Below are positions 16,274 to 24,563 of a stretch of DNA of 24,563 nt, in pieces. This stretch comes from an uncultured Gammaproteobacteria bacterium. Its GTDB lineage: Bacteria; Pseudomonadota; Gammaproteobacteria; UBA6002. The DNA is taken from positions 1 to 24,563 of the forward strand of contig CAVPKM010000004.1 of the NCBI GenBank assembly GCA_963705725.1, in the 5' to 3' direction. A program made the translations under genes and the position numbers. Under the pieces are notes generated by a model. That model did no database searches and was not told the origin of the DNA. It saw nothing but the letters and a program-made list of their open reading frames with translations. Numbering within the stretch: the first letter of the stretch is position 1; each line of letters begins with the position of its first letter.

Positions 16274-17263
16274 CTATAAATAGTTCAAACTACTTTCAAG
16301 CATTTGCTTAATAGAATGAGATATTTTACTTGCAAATGATTTTTTTTGTTCATAATGAACCTCGAAAATTGTTTTGTCGCGACTTGCTTGCATCAGGTAA
16401 TCATCACTCGTCATCAATTCATCGACGAGTTTGAGCTTGAGCGCTTGAATACCATGCCAATGCTCTCCTGTGGCTACTTCATCTATATTTACTTGTGGCC
16501 GGTGTTTAATGATGAATGATTTGAAAATTTCCTGAACATTATCTACATCCTCTTGAACTTTCTCTCTTCCTTTTTCCGTGTTTTCACCAAACAGACTTAA
16601 TGTCCTTTTATATTCACCTGCCGTAATTTGCTCAAAATCAATATCATTGCGTTTGAGTAAACGATGGAAATTGGGGATTTGCGCTACCACCCCGATTGAT
16701 CCGATAATGGCACATTCCGCAGCGCAAATTTTATCTCCCACACAAGCCATCATATAGCCACCGCTCGCTGCAATTCTATCAACTATAATGGTTAACGGTA
16801 TATTACGATCACGCAACCGCTTTAGCTGAGATGCAGCTAACCCATAATTTGAAACTAGCCCTCCTGCACTTTCAAGCCTTACCACAACTTCATCGCATGG
16901 GGTGGCAATTAGTAGAATTGCCGTGATTTCTTCCCTTAACGACTGGGTAGCTTGAGCGCGAATATCTCCGTTAAAGTTCAACACAAAAACTCGAGATGCG
17001 GCCGTTTGTGTTTTCTTCTCCGCTTTAGCCTTTTGTTTGTTTTCCTTTGCTAGCTGCTTTAATTCAGTTTTATTTAATGCTTCTTTATTAAGCGCCGCTT
17101 TATAATCTTCATAGCGCTCATTTAATTTTTTTATTTTTAATCTATCCTTGCTAGATTTATTTTTACTTGCTGCTCCAACAAGGAAGGAAACAATAACGAT
17201 TACTGCCAAAACAAAGGTGATCGCCTTTGCTAAAAATAAGCCATATTCTACTAAAAAATTCAC
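16274..17263 (-). CDS. sohB: Inner-membrane peptidase SohB (S49 family)
   Basis: N-terminus EYGLFLAKAITFV plus LREEITAIL, RLESAGGLV..YGLAASQL, AASGGYMMAC and ATGEHWHG. GTG start with GAGG SD. Confidence 0.96.
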   Translation of the reverse strand: MNFLVEYGLFLAKAITFVLAVIVIVSFLVGAASKNKSSKDRLKIKKLNERYEDYKAALNKEALNKTELKQLAKENKQKAKAEKKTQTAASRVFVLNFNGDIRAQATQSLREEITAILLIATPCDEVVVRLESAGGLVSNYGLAASQLKRLRDRNIPLTIIVDRIAASGGYMMACVGDKICAAECAIIGSIGVVAQIPNFHRLLKRNDIDFEQITAGEYKRTLSLFGENTEKGREKVQEDVDNVQEIFKSFIIKHRPQVNIDEVATGEHWHGIQALKLKLVDELMTSDDYLMQASRDKTIFEVHYEQKKSFASKISHSIKQMLESSLNYL

Positions 17264-17303
17264 AATATTTACCTCTAAATTAAATTCTCACGAAGGGGTT
17301 CAA

Positions 17304-18350
17304 TCACTCTCCTACCTTAAGTAAATTCCAATATTTTTCATAAATTCGATTCGCATCGCCCAAATCCATTAAATATTTTCCCTTTCTTACGATACTATTA
17401 GGTGGATTAATCAATTTACTTTGCCTCATTGCCTTTGGCAAATAGGAAATCGCTGCGCTGTTAGGCGTTGAAAAGCCTGTAGCTTTTGAGATTTGGGCTG
17501 CAATATCGGGTCGCAATAAAAAATTGATAAAAGCCAAAGCGGCTTTAGGATGAGGCGCATATTTGGCAATGACCATACAGTCTACCCATAACTCATACCC
17601 CTCCTCTGGATAAATATATACTAAATTTTTGTTTTCAGCTTGCGCATTATAAATCTCACCATTATAGCCCATGCCAATATAGGCATCTTCATCAATATAA
17701 ATATTTTGTTCGGCTTCACCACTCAGCAACTTAATATTTTGCCACAACAATTTTAACTGTTGATAAGCTTCTTCGATGTGTCTTGGATCGGTCTCGTTAA
17801 TGTTATAACCAAGCTTAACTAAGGCAATGGCAAAAATTTCTCGCATATCATCAAATAAAAGTAATTGATTCTTAAATTGAGGTTGCCAAAAATCTTTCCA
17901 AGCAGTAATTTTTTTGGGATCCAGATAACTCTCATTGACGACAATAGCAGTCGTACCCCATAAATAAGGAAGGCTGTATTTGTTCAGAGGATCATAAGCC
18001 TGATTCAGTAATTCTGGATTTAAATTTTTAATATTGGGTAATTTGCTATGATCAAGCGGCAGCAACATGTTTTCTCGTGCCATTCTAAACACATAGTAAC
18101 TGCTTGGAAAAATCACATCATAGCCAAGATGAGGATTGGATTTGAGCTTAGAATACAAGGTTTCGTTACTATCGTATTCCGTATAATTAACTTGAATGCC
18201 TGTTTCATGTTCGAATTGCTTAATGACTGATAAAGGCATATAAGCTGCCCAGTCATAAACATTTAACTCTGTTCTTCCTCGTGAAATGGAGCTAAATAAA
18301 AAAATTAGTGGCAAGCCTAACAGCAAGATGACGCGAAAAAAAAATCTCAT
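17304..18350 (-). CDS. potD: Spermidine/putrescine ABC transporter substrate-binding protein
   Basis: Signal peptide plus LNVYDWAAY, YDSNETLYSKL, GYDVIFPSSY, SLPYLWGTT and WVD motifs; last gene of the pot operon. Confidence 0.93.
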   Translation of the reverse strand: MRFFFRVILLLGLPLIFLFSSISRGRTELNVYDWAAYMPLSVIKQFEHETGIQVNYTEYDSNETLYSKLKSNPHLGYDVIFPSSYYVFRMARENMLLPLDHSKLPNIKNLNPELLNQAYDPLNKYSLPYLWGTTAIVVNESYLDPKKITAWKDFWQPQFKNQLLLFDDMREIFAIALVKLGYNINETDPRHIEEAYQQLKLLWQNIKLLSGEAEQNIYIDEDAYIGMGYNGEIYNAQAENKNLVYIYPEEGYELWVDCMVIAKYAPHPKAALAFINFLLRPDIAAQISKATGFSTPNSAAISYLPKAMRQSKLINPPNSIVRKGKYLMDLGDANRIYEKYWNLLKVGE

Positions 18351-19114
18351 TGCTTTCTCTTCAATAATAATTGAGAACCAAGCACAATGACTAAAGTAAA
18401 AATAAGTAGAAGCGTGCTAAGTGCATTGATTTCTGGTTTAACGCCCATCTTTACCAAGGAATAAATTTTTAATGGTAAGATTTGAAAACTGGGCCCGGTG
18501 ACAAAATAACTAATAATGACATCATCAAGCGACAAGGTAAAACCAATTAACCAACCGGATAAAATAGCTGGCCAAACTAAAGGGACTAATATTTTACGAA
18601 AAATAATGCTGTCATTTGCACCTAAATCTTTTGCTGCCTCAAAAAGTGCTTTATTCATTCCACTTATACGGGAATAAATCGTGATCGTAATAAATGGCAT
18701 GCAAAAAGTAATGTGTGAAAATAAAAGCGTCCAAAAGCCAAGGGGGATTTTTAAAAATGAATATAATGATAAAAGCGCAATTGCTAGCACCACATCTGGC
18801 GCGACAATTAAAATAAATAATAGCCCATGCATACATTTTTTGCCGGCAAATTGATAGCGATAAAGACTATTTGCAGCCAAAATGGCCATAAAAGTTGCGA
18901 TAGAAGCAGCCAAAACGCCAATCAATAACGAATGCCAAGCAACGATTAATAAATCCGCATCCGAAAAAAGTTCTTTATACCAGTTTAATGTAAATCCATG
19001 CCATATCAAGGAATGGGAAGCACGATTGAAGGAATAAATCATGACCACGAAAATGGGAATATACAAAAAAGCGTATACAAGTGACATGTAAAGATATTTC
19101 GTGACTTTATTCAA
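18347..19114 (-). CDS. potC: Spermidine/putrescine ABC transporter permease
   Basis: FLYIPI, EAAKDLGA loop, FTLSLDDVIISYF and GVKPEINALST motifs. Confidence 0.94.
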   Translation of the reverse strand: MNKVTKYLYMSLVYAFLYIPIFVVMIYSFNRASHSLIWHGFTLNWYKELFSDADLLIVAWHSLLIGVLAASIATFMAILAANSLYRYQFAGKKCMHGLLFILIVAPDVVLAIALLSLYSFLKIPLGFWTLLFSHITFCMPFITITIYSRISGMNKALFEAAKDLGANDSIIFRKILVPLVWPAILSGWLIGFTLSLDDVIISYFVTGPSFQILPLKIYSLVKMGVKPEINALSTLLLIFTLVIVLGSQLLLKRKQ

Positions 19115-19965
19115 ACGAGATCCTGCCTTTTCTCAGTTTTTGAATAACGCCAATAAATTGCCATCAATATACCCATAATCAGCAACAGGCAAATACTGGT
19201 GGCAGATCCCATTGGCCAATCATTCATTGTCAAAAATTGGTTTTGAATCAAGTTACCAAGCAGCATCCCCTTAGCGCCGCCTAGCATCACAGGAATAAAA
19301 AATAAAGTCATGGCGGGTAAAAAGACTAAAATGATGCCAGCTATAATACCAGGCATGGTTAAGGGTAAAATTATCCGGAAAAAAATTATCAGCTTTTTCG
19401 CGCCCAAATCTCTCGCCGCATCGATTAAAGTGTGATCAAGTTTCTCAATATTCGAATATAAGGGAAGAATCATAAACGGTAATAAGTCATAAACTAGGCC
19501 AATAAAAACAGCGGCATCGGTATAAAGTAACTGCAAAGGCTGATGAATGAGGCCGATTGCAAGCAAAATATGGTTAAGCAACCCCTTTGTTTTGAGAACA
19601 GCCAAAATAGCATACGTGCGAATTAAGGAGCTTGTCCAAAACGGTATAATCACCAACAATAGCAAGAGCGCTCGATATTTTAATTTAGTTTGCGCAATTG
19701 CATAGGCAAAGGGATAAGCAATGACTAAACAAAGGAAGGTACTGGCGCCGGCTATTTCAAATGATTTTAAAAATATACGCAAATAAGCATGATTAAACAA
19801 ATGCTGATAACTACTTATTGTAATTGGCAAACTCACTAGAGTCATGGAGTTTGGATGCAAGAAGCTGACCATGAATACTACGGAAAAAGGAATGAGCGCA
19901 AAAAGCATTAGCCATACCCAAATCAAGCCAATTGAAAAAATTCTAAATATATTAGACTTAATCAT
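19111..19965 (-). CDS. potB: Spermidine/putrescine ABC transporter permease
   Basis: IIPFWTSSLIRTYA, LPFMILPLYS.IEKLD, DAARDLGA and IQNQFL...DWPMGS motifs. Confidence 0.94.
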   Translation of the reverse strand: MIKSNIFRIFSIGLIWVWLMLFALIPFSVVFMVSFLHPNSMTLVSLPITISSYQHLFNHAYLRIFLKSFEIAGASTFLCLVIAYPFAYAIAQTKLKYRALLLLLVIIPFWTSSLIRTYAILAVLKTKGLLNHILLAIGLIHQPLQLLYTDAAVFIGLVYDLLPFMILPLYSNIEKLDHTLIDAARDLGAKKLIIFFRIILPLTMPGIIAGIILVFLPAMTLFFIPVMLGGAKGMLLGNLIQNQFLTMNDWPMGSATSICLLLIMGILMAIYWRYSKTEKRQDLV

Positions 19966-21049
19966 AGGGTATTAATACCTCCCAGCCTGATGCCCAATGA
20001 ACAAAAACTTTTTCACCCACTGCATACTCTAGCTTTTCATCATCTTCATCAAAAAATTCACTAGCGGCAATAAGCTTACCACTTTCTAAGCGTACAATTA
20101 GGTCGACTGTGCTGCCCTTATAAATAACTTGCTCGACCCTTCCAGGCAACATCTGACTTGAATCTGTGACTTCTCGCTGTTGCCAGACGCGAATATCTTC
20201 CGGGCGTACAATAACATGAATAAATTGATCACTTTCTAATTGCTTTTTGTTTTGACAATGAAAATTTTTATTTTCAATCGCTACTTCCACCTCTTGAGGA
20301 TTACTCTTTGTAATTTTTGTTTCAAAAATATTGGCTTCGCCAATGAATTTTGCTACGAAAATATTTTTCGGCTCTTCGTAAACATCACGCGGGGTGCCCA
20401 TTTGTTCAATTTGCCCTTGATTCATCACTACGATTCGATCTGACATGGATAAGGCTTCTTCTTGATCATGCGTAACAAATACAAATGTAATCCCTAGCCG
20501 GCGTTGCAATTCTTTTAATTCAATACGCATGGTTTTTCGTAAACTATAATCCAGCGCACTAAATGGCTCATCTAATAATAAAACCAAGGGTTGATTGATC
20601 ACTGCCCTAGCAATTGCTACTCGCTGCTGCTGTCCCCCACTTAATTGGGCAGGTTTACGAGAAGCAAAAATATCTAATTTTACCATTGCTAATGCTTCGT
20701 TGACTTTTTCTGTAATGAGATTTGCTGGCATTTTTTGACAGCGCAAACCAAATGCAACGTTTTGCGCCACTGTCATATGTGGAAAAAGGGCGTAGCTTTG
20801 AAATACCATATTAACATGACGTATTTCAGGAGGGGTATGAGTGACTTCTTTTTGTTTTAACCAAATTGATCCTTTATCAGGCACTTCAAAGCCTGCAAGT
20901 AACCGAAGAAGGGTGGTTTTACCGCAGCCAGAAGGGCCAAGCAGCGTTAAAAACTCCCCGTTTTTGATTTGAAGATTGATTTCATCTAGTACCAGATGAT
21001 TATGGAAATGCTTACTGACACCCCTCACTTCGATGATATTTTCATTCAT
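19958..21049 (-). CDS. potA: Spermidine/putrescine ABC transporter ATP-binding protein
   Basis: Walker A GPSGCGKTT, LSGGQQQRVA, LLLDEP and VTHDQEEALSMSDRI motifs. Start is ATG 21049 (or GTG 21052). Confidence 0.95.
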   Translation of the reverse strand: MNENIIEVRGVSKHFHNHLVLDEINLQIKNGEFLTLLGPSGCGKTTLLRLLAGFEVPDKGSIWLKQKEVTHTPPEIRHVNMVFQSYALFPHMTVAQNVAFGLRCQKMPANLITEKVNEALAMVKLDIFASRKPAQLSGGQQQRVAIARAVINQPLVLLLDEPFSALDYSLRKTMRIELKELQRRLGITFVFVTHDQEEALSMSDRIVVMNQGQIEQMGTPRDVYEEPKNIFVAKFIGEANIFETKITKSNPQEVEVAIENKNFHCQNKKQLESDQFIHVIVRPEDIRVWQQREVTDSSQMLPGRVEQVIYKGSTVDLIVRLESGKLIAASEFFDEDDEKLEYAVGEKVFVHWASGWEVLIPYD

Positions 21050-21102
21050 CACCTAACCCTCAATGACGTCACTTTAAATCACCTAAATACGCAAAGCGGG
21101 CA

Positions 21103-21131
21103 ATTATGGGTGCTATTTATTGGTTTGTCTA
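21103..21131 (-). promoter_or_regulatory. Putative sigma70 promoter of potABCD
   Basis: Minus strand: TAGACA (21131-21126), 17 bp, CATAAT (21108-21103). Confidence 0.55.
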
Positions 21132-21162
21132 CTAAAAAATAGTAACTATTGAGCAAGGGATA

Positions 21163-22371
21163 TTAGACCGTGCATTGCGAACAATATCGCTGATAAACTA
21201 AGGCTAAAATTTGTTCAGCTAGTTCCTTTTTAGGTGAAAGTGGTAATTCAATTAAATCTTGGGCTTTATTTAATATAAGAACCTTATTCTCATCACTTTC
21301 AAAGCCAAACCCTGCCTGACCCACTTCATTAGCGATGATCATATCGAGATTTTTTTGCTCTAATTTTTCTTTTGCATAAGCAAGAAGATTTTCGGTTTCA
21401 GCAGCAAAACCTACTAAAAAAGGAGCATCAGGCAATTGGCTGACTGCTCGCAAAATATCCCTATTTTCAACTAACTCCATCGCTGGCAAAGAAGACTTTT
21501 TAATTTTTTGCTCTGAAATGAATGCGGGTTTAAAGTCACCTACTGCAGCAGCCGCTATAAAAATCTGACAATCCTTAATGCTTTCCATCACCGCTTGATA
21601 CATGTCATCAGCTGTTAAGATATTTATACATTCCACGCCATAAGGGACAGGCAAGGCGGTAGGGCCTGAAATTAATGTCACCTTAGCACCTAGTTTTTTT
21701 GCGCTTTCTGCAAGTGCATAGCCCATCTTTCCGGAGCTATGATTGCTGAGATAACGAACAGGATCAATTGGCTCTCGAGTCGGCCCAGCAGTGATTAAAC
21801 AATGCATGCCCGCCATTAGCTTTGGAGCAAAGAAATTCTCAAGATGCTGGACAATAGTTTTTGGCTCCATCATGCGTCCTAAACCCACATCACCACAAGC
21901 CTGCTCTCCAAAGTCTGGACCCAGAAAATCTATATGGCGTGCTTGCAATAGTTCTTTATTATGGACTGTTGCAACATGTTGCCACATCTGCCGATTCATA
22001 GCTGGCACTATTACCACCTGGGCATGAGTTGCCAGATATAAGGTACTTAATAAGTCATCCGCCAAACCGGTTGCAAATTTGCTCATTATGCAAGCCGTCG
22101 CTGGAACCACTAAAAGTAAATCTGCCCATTTTGCTAGGCTGATATGAGACATTCTTGCTTCACTTTCGGCATCGAGTAAATCCGTGTGAACAGGATTTAA
22201 AGATAACGCCTGCAGTGTTAACACCGAAACGAATTGCGTAGCACTCGCTGTCATGACAACTTTTATATTTGCCCCTTCTGCACGCAATAAACGAATGAGT
22301 TCTTGAGTCTTGTAAGCGGCAATACTTCCGGTGATACCGATTAATATATTTTTGTTCAATAAATTGGTCAT
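21163..22371 (-). CDS. coaBC: Phosphopantothenoylcysteine decarboxylase / phosphopantothenate-cysteine ligase
   Basis: GITGSIAAYK, HISLAKWAD, PAMN, QACGDVGLGRM, ITAGPTREPIDPVRYLSNHSSGKMG and VGFAAET motifs. Confidence 0.97.
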   Translation of the reverse strand: MTNLLNKNILIGITGSIAAYKTQELIRLLRAEGANIKVVMTASATQFVSVLTLQALSLNPVHTDLLDAESEARMSHISLAKWADLLLVVPATACIMSKFATGLADDLLSTLYLATHAQVVIVPAMNRQMWQHVATVHNKELLQARHIDFLGPDFGEQACGDVGLGRMMEPKTIVQHLENFFAPKLMAGMHCLITAGPTREPIDPVRYLSNHSSGKMGYALAESAKKLGAKVTLISGPTALPVPYGVECINILTADDMYQAVMESIKDCQIFIAAAAVGDFKPAFISEQKIKKSSLPAMELVENRDILRAVSQLPDAPFLVGFAAETENLLAYAKEKLEQKNLDMIIANEVGQAGFGFESDENKVLILNKAQDLIELPLSPKKELAEQILALVYQRYCSQCTV

Positions 22372-22445
22372 GATTAAAACTTTTCATTATGATATGCACA
22401 ATTGTATGCGAATATTCATAAGAATTATAGTGATCTGGAGTACCT

Positions 22446-23243
22446 ATGCGTCGCTTAGCTTTACCACAATTAATTACAATGAAAAAAGAACAAAAAAAAA
22501 TTACGATGTTAACGATTTATGATGCTTGTTTTGCGCATCATGCTAGCCAGGCTGGCGTTGATATCTTATTTGTTGGCGACTCCTTAGGCATGACAATTAA
22601 GGGAGAGTCGACAACCATTTCAGTTAGCCTTGAAGAGATGGCCTATCATACACGCTGTGTTGCAAAAGGAAATCATAGTTCAATCTTGATGTCAGATATG
22701 CCTTTCATGTCCTATTACACGCATGATAAAGCGGCCCATGCTGCAAAGGTGCTTTTTCAATCGGGCGCAGAAATTGTTAAAATTGAAGGAAATGAATGCT
22801 TAACTGAAACCATTCATTTTTTGACCAAGCGCGGCATTCCTGTCTGTGCTCATATCGGTCTAACTCCTCAGTTTATCCATTTATTGGGAGGCTATAAGAT
22901 TCAGGGAAAAAATGAAGAACAAGCCCATACATTGCTCAATACCGCGATTAGTCTCGAACAAGCTGGCGCTAACATGCTGGTTGTAGAATGCATTCCTTAC
23001 CCACTTGCCGCAAAAATAGCCGCTTCAGTTGCTATTCCTGTGATAGGCATTGGTGCGGGGCCAAGTTGTGATGGCCAGGTACTAGTTGTCTACGATATAC
23101 TGGGCCTCACCCCCGGAAAAACAGCAAAATTTGTCAAAAATTTTTTGATAGAAGCCAATGGTAATATTCAAGAAGCGATTCAACGCTATGTGCTGGCTGT
23201 TCAGCAACATACTTTTCCTACCCTTGAGCATAGTTTCCAATGA
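22446..23243 (+). CDS. panB: 3-methyl-2-oxobutanoate hydroxymethyltransferase
   Basis: MLTIYD, VGDSLGM, DMPFMSY, VKIEG, HIGLTPQ and IGIGAG..CDGQVLV motifs; GGAG SD. Confidence 0.97.
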   Translation: MRRLALPQLITMKKEQKKITMLTIYDACFAHHASQAGVDILFVGDSLGMTIKGESTTISVSLEEMAYHTRCVAKGNHSSILMSDMPFMSYYTHDKAAHAAKVLFQSGAEIVKIEGNECLTETIHFLTKRGIPVCAHIGLTPQFIHLLGGYKIQGKNEEQAHTLLNTAISLEQAGANMLVVECIPYPLAAKIAASVAIPVIGIGAGPSCDGQVLVVYDILGLTPGKTAKFVKNFLIEANGNIQEAIQRYVLAVQQHTFPTLEHSFQ

Positions 23244-24082
23244 ACACCATAAGCTCAAAAAAAACCATACTTTCCATTGTGAGCAAATATAAGCATAAAA
23301 AGAAAATAGCGCTGGTCCCTACCATGGGCAACTTGCACGAAGGCCATCTTGCCTTGATTCGACATGCTAAAAAATATGGAGAGATTGTTATTGTTAGTAT
23401 TTTTGTCAATCCCTTACAATTCGGACCCAATGAAGATTTCTCTAGTTATCCAAGAACTTTAGAAAATGACTTAGAAAAATTGGCGTCTTTAAACGTAGAT
23501 TATGTTTTCACCCCGACGATTGAAGCGTTATATCACAATGTCGCAGCTCAAACCCAAATTCATGTAGGCGAAATAGCGAATCAATATTGCGGACAATTTA
23601 GACCGAATTTCTTCACAGGGGTGACGACAGTCGTTACCAAATTATTTAATCTCATTCAACCGGATTTCGCCATTTTTGGAGAAAAAGATTTTCAACAACT
23701 GCATATTATTAAAAAAATGGTCGTCGATTTAGATATGACGGTTGAAATTATTTCTTTACCCACAATTCGGGAAGAAGATGGTCTAGCCTTAAGTTCACGC
23801 AACCAATACTTAAATTCAGTGGAAAGAAAAAAGGCCAATTTAATTTATCAAGCACTAACTGAAGTTTCCAATAAAATATCCAGAAATTACACTACTCAGG
23901 AAAAAATTACCCAAGAAGCGATTAAGTTTCTGACTGCCAACCAATTTCGGATCGATTATCTGTGTCTTTGCCAAAAAGACACACTCAATTTAGCCACACC
24001 AGATGATAAAGAGCTGGTCGTTTTAATTGCCGCGTGGCTTGGAAAAACCCGTTTAATTGACAATATACTGGTTACGCGATGA
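23240..24082 (+). CDS. panC: Pantoate--beta-alanine ligase
   Basis: VPTMGNLHEGH, SIFVNPLQF, FGEKDFQQL, REEDGLALSSRN and RLIDN motifs; ATGA overlap with panB. Confidence 0.97.
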   Translation: MNTISSKKTILSIVSKYKHKKKIALVPTMGNLHEGHLALIRHAKKYGEIVIVSIFVNPLQFGPNEDFSSYPRTLENDLEKLASLNVDYVFTPTIEALYHNVAAQTQIHVGEIANQYCGQFRPNFFTGVTTVVTKLFNLIQPDFAIFGEKDFQQLHIIKKMVVDLDMTVEIISLPTIREEDGLALSSRNQYLNSVERKKANLIYQALTEVSNKISRNYTTQEKITQEAIKFLTANQFRIDYLCLCQKDTLNLATPDDKELVVLIAAWLGKTRLIDNILVTR

Positions 24083-24563
24083 AAACCTTGTCAATTATTG
24101 GCGCTGGAAAGGTTGGAAAAACATTAGGGAAATTGCTACAGCAGAATAGCTGTTGCCGCATACAAGATGTGCTTTGCCGCACAAAGTCACATGCCTGGGA
24201 TGCTGTCGCCTTTATCGGCGCTGGAAAAGCGATTACAGATTATCAAGAACTTTTGGCAGTAGATATTGTCATGCTTGCGGTTAATGATGACCAATTGCAG
24301 GAAGCCATACTTTCATTAAAATCATTAGAAATAATGGATTCCTGTCAGATAGTGTTTCATTGCAGCGGTTCTTTCTCTCACGAAATTCTATTACCACTTA
24401 AGCAGGATGCGCTTTCCCTAGCCAGCTTGCATCCTATAAAAAGTTTTAGTCATCCGGAAAGGGATTATCAACATTTCAAAAACACTTTTTGCACCTTGCA
24501 AGGAGAGCTTCTTGCTTGCCAAGCACTTAAGTCGCTACTTAGCCCACTTGATGCACAAATTAT
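24079..24563 (+). CDS. panG: Rossmann-like / DUF2520 oxidoreductase, probable PanG-type ketopantoate reductase; 3' truncated by the window
   Basis: ATG 24079 overlaps the panC stop (ATGA). MKTLSIIGAGKVGKTLG (GxGxxG), LAVNDDQL, VFHCSGS and SLHPIKSF motifs. Not in the ORF track because it runs off the window. Confidence 0.8.
   Translation, partial: MKTLSIIGAGKVGKTLGKLLQQNSCCRIQDVLCRTKSHAWDAVAFIGAGKAITDYQELLAVDIVMLAVNDDQLQEAILSLKSLEIMDSCQIVFHCSGSFSHEILLPLKQDALSLASLHPIKSFSHPERDYQHFKNTFCTLQGELLACQALKSLLSPLDAQI

Noticed and set aside
21064-21071. TGACGTCA palindrome upstream of potA
   Set aside because: An 8-bp palindrome is expected by chance, and I can assign no bacterial regulator to it.
1-24563. 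Defence island, prophage, CRISPR array, transposase, tRNA/rRNA, and the remaining small nested ORFs in the track
   Set aside because: No such motifs seen; nearly all long ORFs are assignable to housekeeping families, and the small ORFs lie within them.

Overview
AT-rich (roughly 35-40% GC by eye), gene-dense bacterial chromosomal segment. It probably comes from a Legionellales/Coxiellaceae-like gammaproteobacterium; this is inferred from two Pht-type MFS transporters, phhA, effector-like orphan ORFs and a gph-ubiG-Hpt-CDF-sohB gene order that I recall from Coxiella. Most genes are housekeeping or nutrient acquisition: an amino-acid-binding protein (partial), phhA, a rhomboid, a PAP2 phosphatase, two MFS transporters, a DUF5671 membrane protein, acetolactate synthase, pepN, gph/mupP, ubiG, a stand-alone Hpt protein, a CDF transporter, sohB, potABCD, coaBC and panB-panC-panG (partial). 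I saw no rRNA, tRNA, CRISPR array, transposase or phage genes. The most unusual points are: (i) ubiG has no in-frame ATG/GTG/TTG at its conserved N-terminus, apparently starts at ATC behind a good SD, and is in frame with the upstream Hpt gene; (ii) two long palindromic MITE/ERIC/RPE-like elements appear to supply host signals (the phhA -10 and SD, and the pepN stop codon with a target-site duplication); (iii) a free BarA/GacS-type Hpt domain has a structured leader that shares a 14-bp motif with the gph leader; (iv) there is a DUF5671/pilin-like protein of a type I associate with Patescibacteria; (v) two orphan ORFs have their own promoters. I cannot demonstrate a new multi-gene system from the sequence alone.
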